Positions 1 to 11,190 of a stretch of DNA of 64,000 nt are shown piece after piece; the stretch's first letter is position 1, and each line of letters starts with the position of its first letter. A program made the translations under genes and the position numbers. This DNA comes from Chlorokybus atmophyticus. Taxonomy: Eukaryota > Plantae > Mesostigma and Chlorokybus algae. The notes beneath the pieces are model-generated. The model was not told where the DNA came from and made no database searches. It was given only the letters and a program-made list of their open reading frames with translations. Location of the stretch: assembly GCA_009103225.1 (NCBI GenBank), contig RHPI01002262.1, positions 284,080 through 348,079 on the forward strand, given 5' to 3'.

Positions 1-40
1 AGTTGTTTGTGAGGGAGGGAGCGCCTTGCAAGCAGCAGCC

Positions 41-987
41 ATGGCAAGGGAGGAAGACAGCCTGGCAGCCTTCGAACAGCGTGCTGCAGCTGCTGAGGTG
101 TGGGTGTATGTCCATGTGGTGTGGGTGTGCAATCGCTTGCCTTTGTGCATGTGTGCATGCGCGCGTGTGTGCATACTTGTGCGTGCATGTACTTGTACAT
201 GCGTGTTGATTCCTATGTTTGCTTGTTTGCTGAAAGTGTTCAACACAGAGCATGTTTGTGAAAATGCCTGCCCAAGCATGCATGTGAACATCTGTTCCTG
301 AGGCACATATATGCAAGGAGCTTACTTCGTCCAGATGCATGTACCAAAACACAATTGCTGTTGTTGTGCGCAGGAGCGCATCGCAACATTAGAACAGCAG
401 ATGGCAATGACCGGTAAGCTTCCACATCAATCAGCATCATTGATAGCTTCATACTTGTTTTTGAAAACACATCATGCCATCTGCACACGCTGCCTGACCT
501 ACAAGAGGCTCCCTTGTTGGCATAACGTAACATAACCCCTACTCACTTGCATTGTCTGTGGTGTTCAACTGGGATCATAACATCATACGTGGGTTGGTTA
601 TGCAGCAGCGCCAGGTGCTGCCTCAGTAAGCTCGGATGCGCTTAAAGCCAAGGTTCTAGCCATGTTGAAGGACGTTCAGCAAAACCTTGCACAAGCCTTG
701 AGTGAGCAGACTGATCTGAAGTCAAGGCACGCACAGGTGAATATGTGTTGTTTGCTTAATCACAACTTAGTAAATTGTTGTCATGCCTGGTGATGCTGAC
801 TCAGTGTTGGTTGGGCAATGTGTTGTGTGAGCCAGCGGCCCGTCTCATGTTGAGCTTGTGCAATCAGGTTGTCCAAGAGAGGGACCGCTTGGCCGTGGAG
901 AATGCCAAACTTAAGTATCAAAACCTGCACCTGACCAGGGCTGTGAAAGCGGCTGATCAGACCAATGAGACGCTCAAGCAGAAATGA
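41..987 (+). CDS. Small coiled-coil protein (~115 aa, 4 exons) with C-terminal ENAKLKYxxxHLxRA motif
   Basis: ATG at 41; exons MAREEDSLAAFEQRAAAAE | ERIATLEQQMAMT | APGAASVSSDALKAKVLAMLKDVQQNLAQALSEQTDLKSRHAQ | VVQERDRLAVENAKLKYQNLHLTRAVKAADQTNETLKQK*, joined by GT-AG introns in compatible phases. The motif recalls small plant coiled-coil proteins and the AIMP1 N-terminus (from memory). An upstream start outside the window cannot be excluded. Confidence 0.7.
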
Positions 988-2559
988 GGCAGGCAACGGA
1001 TCAGCATAATTGAGAGAGAGTGTACAAAGTATGCAATGAGGTCTTAATGCGCGTTGATATTGTATTGTGTTTGCATGATTGTGTGGACGTCTACTTTCCA
1101 AATGGATTTCTCGTGATAGTTGTTGTTGCGGGCACAAAGCGTGCCGACATTTCTGGCCGCACACTGTGATGTGCGCGCATTGAATAAGCGGTTGAATTGC
1201 GTGCCACTTCAAGAGTTGACACTTGTCTTCAATACATAAACTCCATGCACTGGTTGTGTGCATATAGGGTGATCAGCTACAGGTATACACTCAAGTCTCA
1301 AGGACTAGGGCATATGCATATGTGGCTGGGGGCCAAGCAGTTGTTCTCATTGTGGCAGAGTCGTCTTCGTCATCGTGCATGTCGCCAGCTTCAAGGGCCC
1401 TTTGGCTAATCTCTCCCTTCCGTGCGGTCAGCAGGTGGTTATGGTTGCTGTACAAGTGTCTCTGCATCTCGTGCTGCTCCTGTTGCTGCCTGGTGTACTT
1501 GGTTGTCTTCCAGAGTCTTGGGGTGTGTACAAAGAACGTGGAGAGTATTAGCTGCGCGCAACGCATGCTACACACAGCATACATGGAGTGCTTGACTATC
1601 AAAGCTGTCGCCGGGAAGGCTTCCCATGGGGGCCATAGCCATTGTCGCGTCGTGCGTGCACTGTGCGGCGTGGACATCTCTAACGCTCCTGCGTGGTACT
1701 GGCAGGTGATCTTCGACACCTTCCTTTGTTTTTCTGCTTGCTTACCCCTCCTCCCTCTGGTCTAGCTACAGCACACAGTTAGTGTAGAGGGCCCCCCACC
1801 CAGTTGTCAGTAGCTTTGCAGTGCTTGTTGCTCTTGTTTGTATTACTGTTGTTCTTCTCATACCAGTTGCTTTGGTTTGACTACAGTTCCACGTGTTGTG
1901 CCTTTTACATGACACAACACAACTTGCCACTGCATGCCAAGAGCTAGCGCCATCAACAGCATATATGACATGCTTATTAATTACACAACGCACCTTTAAC
2001 ACGACCACCTGGCTCAACTACGCTCACGCTGCCTACTTCTCTACCTACTCTACCACTACAACTACCCCACCCTGCTAGTCATGCATGCTGTGTTCCTTCC
2101 AAGTCTTAGTGTGAAAGCTCTACCTTAGGCCCCCGTCTAATCAACAACAAACACTACTGGCACATTAAAATCACCTGCTCTAGTGTGTTGTGTATCGTCT
2201 TGCTATGATGGGTTTGCTTGCATCTTGCACGCCGACTTTGAGGGCCTTGCACAGCTCTTATGCAAATTATGTGTATACCAAAGAGGTAAGCCAGTAATGC
2301 ACCTATGTGCGTGCACGTCCGCGACTATGTATGCATGCGCGGTCATAAACACGTTGTCATACTTGCATACTGCTTACGTACAGCTTCGTCTCTCTCTAAG
2401 AGCGCCGACATATGCGTTTGCCCGTGAGGGGCTACAATGCTCTAAAATCAGAACAACTCGATGACCACTGAGGTGCTCGCAGTGCGTTGCTTCATACCAA
2501 GCAGACCACCGCATACGAAACAATATGAACGGCTGCAGTGCACCCATTCAGCAGCCTGC

Positions 2560-5243
2560 TCAGTCCTCATCATCTGCCAAGCAAAGGAAAGGCATCAACA
2601 TGAAGTCACACACACCACTCCATGCGTAAAAGTGCAGAGATTGGTGTTGTGACTTGCCTGACCGAATGTCTTTATTTATTTTGCCTGCGGCCAGCAGCTG
2701 CCTCTGAACCATGCGCATAATGAGGTAGAACCAGTACAGGTTGAGCACCATCAGCACCGACAACATGACGTTGAACTCATAGTACTGGCGAGGGTATGGC
2801 TTCGTCAGATGCAGCATTTCCACGGACTGGATGCTGCGCACAACACGCATATCAATCTCTTACGTTTGTAGTACTCAAAGGTATGACACGTTACAGACAC
2901 ACTTGGTGACAACAACTGATAAACAATGACCAACTCAACCTGCACTCAATCATGTCATGAACAGGCAAACATCCCACAACGCATGAAAAGGCGCATGAGC
3001 AACAGCACCCACCATGGGGATGAGTGAGTACGTGTTGGCAGTGGTTGTTGGCACACAACCAATGTGAACTCTCCCATGCAAGCCTTGATATGCATAACTC
3101 GCATATGAGTTTCAACCCAACCAATTCAGTAGCGCGCAAACAGATAGCCATTCATGTTGTTGGTTGTACCTTGTGCTCCAGAGGATCCAGAAGGGGAAGT
3201 ATATCAGCCTGAGCAGGATCCAGCTGGCCAGGAACACGCCAAACAGGCCCTGGACAAGGGTCTCCCACTTGGCCAGATTGGCCAGCTTGGCCGCCCCCAA
3301 GAACACGTCGCATGTGTCGTGGAGCAGGATAACCATAGAACCAATGCGAAACAACCTGTTCAAGGAGTGTGCACTAGGGCTCACATACACACATACACAA
3401 GCACATGCATATGCACAGACGCACGCACGCACGCACGCAACAACAATTCGACAGCTACCAGGCTTACCCTTCAAGATATGAGTACGAGAGCAGGCCGAAG
3501 GTAACAACATGGTGGGTGATCATGACCCAATAATCCTTCTTCTTGTCTTCTACAAAAGCCACTGCAAACGCGGAGTACGCATAATAGGCCGTCTCCACAA
3601 AGTACAAATATTTGAGCTGCGGACTGCGAGAAACGGCCAACACATATACACAGGCATCAGCACACGTGTTTGCTACATGTTATACCTGTGCATGCAACAA
3701 CAACACAACAATGAACCACACCCTCACCTCAAAGCTTGGGTTGGAGCGCCAATCCAGAAGTGAGTTGTGTCGGTGAACCATGGCTCCTTGTACACCACAA
3801 GCAGCGCATAACACGAGGTGAACAGGTAATATGAGAACTTCCATGACTCGTCATTCCATTTCACCATCTTCCTGTCTGCTGCGCCATGCTCAGCCTTTAC
3901 ATTGTCATCCTTCTTCTTGATGCCGAGGAAATACTGCCCCAGTGGCTGCAACACACAAGCAGTATCGACACAGGGCACACACTATGACAGATACATCACA
4001 TGTGCAAGCAGGTTGAAAGCAAGGAACCGAAACATTTACAATAGCACTATGCACACACGCAAGCATGTCAGCACGCGCGCACGGGCATGCGCAAAACTCA
4101 CCTCGAAGACGTCCTTGCACAATATGTGCCGTATGGTAGGATAAATGCAGAGCAACACAAGGAAGAAGAAGCCATCGTTCCAAGCCACCCTCGCTTTGAA
4201 CTGCTCATGAAAAGGCAAACATACTACACTGAAACATGCACGCCAATACAGACTCTAACAAAGTACAGTGCATGGTGACTGGTGGACATCATCATCGCTT
4301 CGCCCAGCCAGATAATACTATAGGAGTATGACCGTATGATGGACGAACCTTTTCAGAAAGCGGGGTGGAGTAATCGAGTTTTGACGTAGGTAACCGCAGC
4401 GTGTCTCCTGAGCCAGGCTTAACAACAACCTCTCCCCAGGCAACACCTGCAAAATTTTCAAGCCCGTAAACATGCAACACACAACAAGAACTGCAAAGTC
4501 AACGCATACACAATGCATGACGGTTTGGCCTACCTCACAATAGTGCTAAAATACATGTTGCAAACATGCCGTGAGCAATCAGTGGATAGTGGTTGGAAAA
4601 ACACATGAGAATGCAGTTTAATATACAGTGAGCGAATTGCTGACGGCCTGAGCAGATCTCAAATCTCAAGTGATTACGATGACATACAACCTTCGTTGAG
4701 TTGGTTGTCAAGTAAGTGCGGCAGCGGCACAATTGTTGTGTGCCAACGCGCAAAGCAACAGTGTTGCGCACAATGACGCTGTGATGTAATGCAGAAGGCG
4801 CAACAGCAAATACAAACAAAACACGATAAACCAACTGTGTCCAGCTACTGCAAGCGCATGCTATGCTATGCAAGCTAGCCAACACAGCGGCCACCGTCTC
4901 AACACAAATGAGCAACGCATTGTGGATGCACAAACTGCAGTAAGAAGGAGCAGAATTGCAGCAGAACTGTCCGCGGCATTAACAGCTGACACATACGAGA
5001 ATGTAACTGTAGGCATGTTTCACAGCTGCGGTGTGTTGCGTTGTAATGCAGTAACAACTTCGCTGGCACAATGCGGATGCTGTGCTGTCACCATGCTGCA
5101 GCTGCTCAGCTGCAGATCATGCTCTCTATATCAAAGCAAGCAAGTCGCCTCTCACCAAACAGCAACCCGCAAGCGGCAACGCATCCCGCAGATAACCACG
5201 CCCGCGTCAACGACGACGGCGACGGCCGGCGTAGGGACAGCAT
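2560..5243 (-). CDS. LAG1: LAG1/TLC-domain ceramide synthase (plant LOH-like), ~8 exons
   Basis: Exons encode KMVKWNDESWKFSYY, EPWFTDTTHFW, DYWVMITHHVVT and RIGSMVILLHDTCDVFLGAAKL (Lag1p motif with HH and HD pairs), FNVMLSVLMVLNLYWFYLIMRM and the C-terminal DIRSDDED*. Start ATG 5243 is inferred from phase-compatible exons 5243-5156 and 4446-4349. Confidence 0.92.
2574..2657 (-). other. GC-AG intron (LAG1 last intron, 84 nt)
   Basis: TCAG|GCAAGT ... TTGGCAG|ATGATGAGGACTGA restores the conserved DIRSDDED*; the nearby GT donor would give DIR*. Confidence 0.85.
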
Positions 5244-7314
5244 GGGGGAAAGGGCAGGACTCCGGCCGGCAGGGGACCTGTCACCCCACCCACCCCCGCC
5301 CACACCTCCGCCGCCCAACGACCCCCGTCACCGTCACCGCCGTCACCGCCGCCGCCTCCTGCTCCTGCTCCTGCTCCTGCTTCAGACACCTGCTGGCTGA
5401 GTGCTGCTGGCCTTTCCCGCCCACCCATCCGCGGCGCTGAGCAGCTGTGAGGGGGACAGCCAAGCTAAGCCAAACCAAGCCGCGCGTGGCGCTTTGCTGC
5501 GCAGCTTGGTCGTCTTTATAACTGGCAAGTGCATTGCCGATGTGCAACATTGGGCACGGTAATGTCGCGCTGTGCCAATACCTCAGTAATAAAAAGGGGT
5601 TACCATGTTAGAAACAACTGTCACATGCATGCATTGTTAGTATCAGTGTATGTGATGAAGATGTTGCCTGCATGGTTCACAACAGATAGCTGATTTGAAA
5701 CAGCAGGGGCCAGTCAGATAAGCAAGCAACGATTGCATGTATACTAAAAACGGAATTAAACGAAATACTTATGTTAATCATGTGTAGCATGACAATAGAT
5801 ATAGGTCTACACGGCGGCATCTGCGTCGTGCAAATGCGTAAACACTCATGTTTGATGTGGTTAACTTGCTACTCTTGGTGGAGAGCGCCGCAACCAGGAG
5901 ATGTTTGAATAATGCATGCGAGCGGCTAATCATTACCATGATGGTGCATTTTTTAATCAATGTCATCACGATGTTATGAGGTAACATCTGTACATATTAA
6001 GCCATAAAAGTGATTGTCTCTGCAGTATTTGGTTATGTGCAAAAGCCATACAGAAGCTCGTTTGTTATTTTAACTAAAATTCATGTTGCAGCCATAGTGG
6101 ATGGGTTTTGACGTGGTTTACTTTGGCTGCTTGTGTACTTACTGTTATGAAGGTTTATAGTGTTACCAGTTTTGATGACGCAAAAAGAAAGAAAATATCC
6201 TTTAGGTATCTTACATTGGATGCCACTCTCTCTCTGCTGTGAATGGTCTCGAGTTGGGTTGAACTCTGCTAAATTTGTACGTTACTACATTTGTGTATAT
6301 GGGTTGTTTACTCTTGGCTAGACACTATACTACCATGTGCACGACTTCAAGATTGTGTGTGCTGGCTTGAATAAATTAAGCCAGCACACAATCGTAAGTT
6401 GCTTGGATAGCAACCTTTCTGCCTCAATATACAAATTGTATATCTATGATACAATAAATTTGTCGTACTGTATGTTAAGCCACTATTGTTACCGAAGTTT
6501 TAGATCTGAGCACATCCCGCAAACCATTTGGTAAATTGCTAATTAGCACCCATAAACATTGGCATTTCGTTTTCAACTTACAACAAATGGTCATGTACAA
6601 TTGTACAAAAATTGCGTGTACAAATGCTTAAAAGGTTAACATACAAATACACAACAAATTCATACAATAAGTTGAACAGAAAGATCACTTATAGAAAATG
6701 CAGCGTAGTAGACACATATACTGCATAATAACAAATTAGTAAGACTTGTTTATAAGATGCGCAGCTTTAAGTTCATTGGATCAACGAACTTATTTATCCA
6801 CGTTGGCATGAAAAGTGAAGGTTTGGTTTGCGCCATTTAAACTTACCCAAGAGCGCATGTTCATTTCAGCAATTGGTGCGAGCTGAGATCTATGAAATAC
6901 ATAAATGTATCTACGTAATAGCCGTCCTCGAAATAGGCTCCGGCACACCTACACAATAATTGAATATGTGCGCGCATATATGCAACTTTCATTGGCATGC
7001 ATGCAAACCGTTATGCAATGTTATCGTTCATGTCTTTATACTATTCTTTGCCTGCATGTCATTTATAACAAGCTCTGATTGCCAGTATGGCTTTTGGAAT
7101 TGTGTCTTAGCTCATGTTCCGAATATTTGTTTTTATCATATCATCATTATGTGACGATAGAACCAATAAGGTATTCGATTGCACACGTTAACAGTGGCAC
7201 TGTTCTGTTTCTTTTCCGTAAACGTGAGCGACACAGCAGTTCAAGCATGATTGGGGTCGATGACATGTACTGTTGATAAAGCAAAATAAAGTTATTGATG
7301 GATCTAACTCTGTT

Positions 7315-7648
7315 TGTAACGGAGTGCTACCTCTATAGAAGTTCCCGCCCTTATTTAGGGTTACATAAGGGTCCTAACGGGGTTAGACAGCCAATTAAGG
7401 CATATTAGGGCTATTAAAACCTAGTGTTAATGCTCTAATATAATGTTGCGATAAGTAACACTAATATCGGCAGGAGACTCATGTCTCATGCCGATATCAA
7501 CCGCATGACGGCGCTGCTAACGCAGCGACCGCCATAGCCGGAGTATCTGTTGCTCTGGCAACTGCCACGGCGGCGGCGGTAGCGTCGGCGTGGCTGATGG
7601 TGGTGTTGGGGTGAGGGATTAGAGGGAGGAGGGGTACTCCCCCTTACA
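7315..7648 (+). repeat. Putative 5' LTR (~334 bp) of a Ty3/gypsy-like element
   Basis: Begins TGTAACGGAGTG and ends ACTCCCCCTTACA (imperfect terminal inverted repeat). It is followed after 1 nt by CGGTATCGGAGCA (7650-7662), a tRNA-iMet-type PBS, and lies upstream of a gag pseudogene. The left boundary is inferred; no second LTR was found. Confidence 0.55.
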
Positions 7649-8482
7649 TCGGTATCGGAGCACGGGCGGCAAGGGGCCCGTGGGAGGTGCGGCGACAGGT
7701 AACAGGCACTGCAGGGGCGGCGGCAAGCGGCAGGCACCGCAGCGGCAGGCGGCAGCGACGGCAACTAATGGTAGTTATTATTTTATTTTCTTTTACTGCT
7801 GTGGTAACGCTGCTGCTGGTGCCTAGCCTAACCTAGCCTAGCATGGCAGATCATGCCATGCCATGCCATGCCTAACCTGCCTGTCATAGTCCAGTTTGTT
7901 ATTGGATGAAGGGAGGCGGCCATCCAGGCCCCTCCCTCAAGCATTGCATGCAAGCATACAACATAGTAATCATATACTGATTATTTTACCATATATTGTG
8001 TGCTGACCACCACGTGGATTCGTGGTGGTGTAAGGGTTTTCATCCATTTTCGATAACTCCCTTAAGGGCAGTTCGGTGACAACGATTGCCTCGTTACCGC
8101 CAATGAGCGCGGTGAGGCCGCCAGAATTTACTGAGCGGCCAATATCAAATTTCAGACTCACAACTCGATGATACCAGCCTGTAAGGTCGAGTTAACGAGA
8201 TTTTGGCACCCCGTGTGTCAATTGTAGTTATAGTTATGAGTGGAGCTGGGTTGTACAAACTAAAACTTTGAGCAGCCATCGTGAACCGTCGCGTGCATTC
8301 GCTTACGGTTTATATTAAAGTGATTGTCGAGTTAAAAGGTGTTTGGAGAGCTCTGCTTTTAGCTGTATACTCTACATAAACCCCTTGAAAACTTGACGCG
8401 ACAAAAGCACGAAGTTTTGCCACTTCATGCAGTGCACAATCTGTGTATTGTGCATTTGCTAACGGCTTATATCCTTGGGCAG

Positions 8483-10256
8483 ATGGCTGACCAAGGAGAG
8501 GGAGGTGAGAAGTACTTCGCCGTCCCTGACTCATCATCGTCATATGAGCCATTGGGTGATGACAAAGTGAGGAACTCGGATATGAGTGAGAGCTACAAGC
8601 TCACTGCGAGTGACAAGGAGAAAGCTGAGCAAGATAGCGAAGCTTCTCCCAACCAGTCTACTCAGAGTGGACCAGCTGCAATAGACACACAAAGTGTCAT
8701 TGGCGGGGCTATTAAGAAGTATGCCTCGGAGCGTAAGGCTCTACGTGACACCAACCCTTAGCTTCGTCAGGAAGCGTGGGAGGCGTGGGCACAGAAGGTT
8801 CGGGATAGCTATGAAACGGACTTTGACACTTCCTCCGAGGAAACGAGTCTTACAAGCAAGGAAATGGTGATCCGTATGCTTGAGCACGAGTTGACGAACA
8901 ATGTTCCGCTACTTGTGCTTGGCGATTTTAAAGTGGCTGCTCTCATGGCTGTTTATGATAAGCCACTCTCATACGAAGGGAAGCGAATGGCGTTTGAAGC
9001 CTTGGCCAACTTGGTGGTGGAAACCTCGCAGCGTTGCAAGGATGTGTTATAATACTTGGGGCTTAAATCAGTCTCGGAGGACAAGTTGGCTAGCTAAGTC
9101 AAGTTAACAACACGCCTTGATGTTATACAATTTCAATTGGTGGCGCTTCGCCAGCAGGTGACGGGTGCTACTTCTGCAGCTAGTACGTCGGCGGGGCTGC
9201 CGGTTACAGCGTTGAACACTCCCGAGAAGTTCAAGCCCAACGGCAGCGTTACCATCCACGACTGGGTGGTGACTGTCAAGCACTATTTGACAGCATTAAG
9301 ATGCCATTTGGTGAGCTAATTGCTATTGCTAAGTTGCTTATGCTGTCTGACGCACTCGCCAAATGGGCGAGACAGACATATGATGGTGCTTTAAAGATAG
9401 TAGAAGCACTGTATCAGTTTCTGTTGGAACAATATGGTGGCATGGACCTGGCCACTCAGGCTCGTAACAAACTCAGCAAGTTGCAACAAAATGGTCGGGC
9501 CGCTTCGGTGTATATGCGAGAGTTTCAGTAATTGGTGGGTCGCGCTAACAGTGGCCTGATGCCTATAGATAATGCCGAGCAGCTTGAGTTGTGCAAGCGT
9601 GGCTTAGATGCGCGTGTGCGCGATCACTTGCAGTACAACACGGCAACCTGACTGCCTTGGGTTCCTGCCGACTTGACCACATTGCAAAAGCTAAGTGCAT
9701 ACATGTATGATGACGACATGGCGATGCAGGAAAAATCACATGTAGCAGCTGCGGCCAAGCCGCAAGGAGTGGGAGGCAAGCGTTACCATCAGCCGAGCGT
9801 ACACGCGGCAAAAAGCCAACAACTTACATGCCCCCCACCAGTGCTACAGGTGGTGTTGCGCCTGCTGCGGCTTGCAACTGTTTCATGTGCCGTCAGCTTG
9901 GCCACATTGCAAAGAGTTGCCCAAACAAGGCGAAGGGCAAGGCCAAGAAAGCTGAATACGATTACGCCGTAACTGATGTAAGAGTGGTTGATAGTCAGTT
10001 GCTTGAGATGCAGGCAGTAAACTGGTTTAATGATATGTCCCAAGTGCATGTAATGACATATGCATGGCAAGCACATGACAAGCAACCACTTTTTAATATT
10101 GGAAACGTGGAAGAAAATGCTTGTGTACTGGTACATGTGAAATTTCACATGCTTACCGATGTGTTGCATGCATTGACTGACTTGCAAAACCTTGAGTATG
10201 GCGGTGATGGTGCCAAAGTATCATGGCCCATGGTTAAAGCATACTCGGGGGGGTAG
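8483..10256 (+). mobile_element. Degenerate retrotransposon gag (Retrotrans_gag-like region plus CCHC zinc knuckle) with stops and frameshifts
   Basis: Fragmented ORFs 8393-8761, 8864-9052, 9137-9319, 9301-9531, 9673-9972 and 9828-10256 join into one reading. Motifs: QARNKLSKLQQNGRAASVYMREFQ (gag) and CFMCRQLGHIAKSC (CX2CX4HX4C). No recognisable protease, RT or integrase downstream. Confidence 0.8.
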
Positions 10257-11190
10257 TATCTTAAAATAATGCAACAAGCGTGAAACAGGGACATGACGAT
10301 TGTCAGCAATTTTGATCAAACCCCCACATTAATCATGGACTCTTGGCTACCTTTTAAAGACGAGTGGTACCTTTGTTGTGGACATTTAGTGGCACAATGC
10401 AGGGTGCAAATATTGGCAACGGCCGTGCACCTGAGGATACTCAGTTGCACGGTCGTGGCTCAGTCCACCTGTAATCTCAATGATGTAATGGCCGTCACCG
10501 CCAGTCGGCGGCCGTTTGCATAAAGGGACTGACCTAGACTGACAGGTACCTGTTAATTGTTTAACAGGTATTATTTATCAGTTCGAAATAACAGCAATCA
10601 ATACTGTGTTGGTTTCTTATTGCATGTATTGCATGTGACGTGCTGCATGCATGCCAACATGTGCTTCTCAACGTTAGTAACATTTTCAATGTTGACTCCA
10701 CGTTGATGAGCGCATCTCACTGTACCATGACATCCTCTTCAACAATTATGAAGCATTGCTTGGTCATAGAGTAGGCTCCAACTTCAAAATCCTTATACTT
10801 GATTCACAAATGCACATCCACACTACCTAAGACATGATACTTCTTCATTGCATTGGGTAGGCACGGCAATCATTCATGATGTTTGTGAGCATGCAGCATG
10901 TTTTATGCTTATACGCAAATATGCTTACAACAGGTCGACGCAAGCGTTCGGCTGGCGGCGGCGGCGGCGGCGATTGTCTATGTCCGGAGCCAGGACATCT
11001 TCACTCACCTACATATGGTAGGCGCTCTGCTGATATGCGGTATGACAGCTGGTCAGCAATGCACGCATCCACAACGCATGCAACCACTGTTTTGATGTGG
11101 ACACCAGCTTTGTTCACATGCAAAGCAAGCCCCAACGAACCTTAACTACACGTACACACCGCCTGTTCTAGTGACTGCAGCTACACCAGC

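Noticed and set aside
1291-1719. Minus-strand ORF with DDEDD as the LAG1 last exon
   Set aside because: No AG acceptor in the right place; a better DDED* exon exists at 2573-2560.
10245-10260. G-run as the PPT of a 3' LTR for the gag element
   Set aside because: The following sequence does not start with TG or match 7315-7648.
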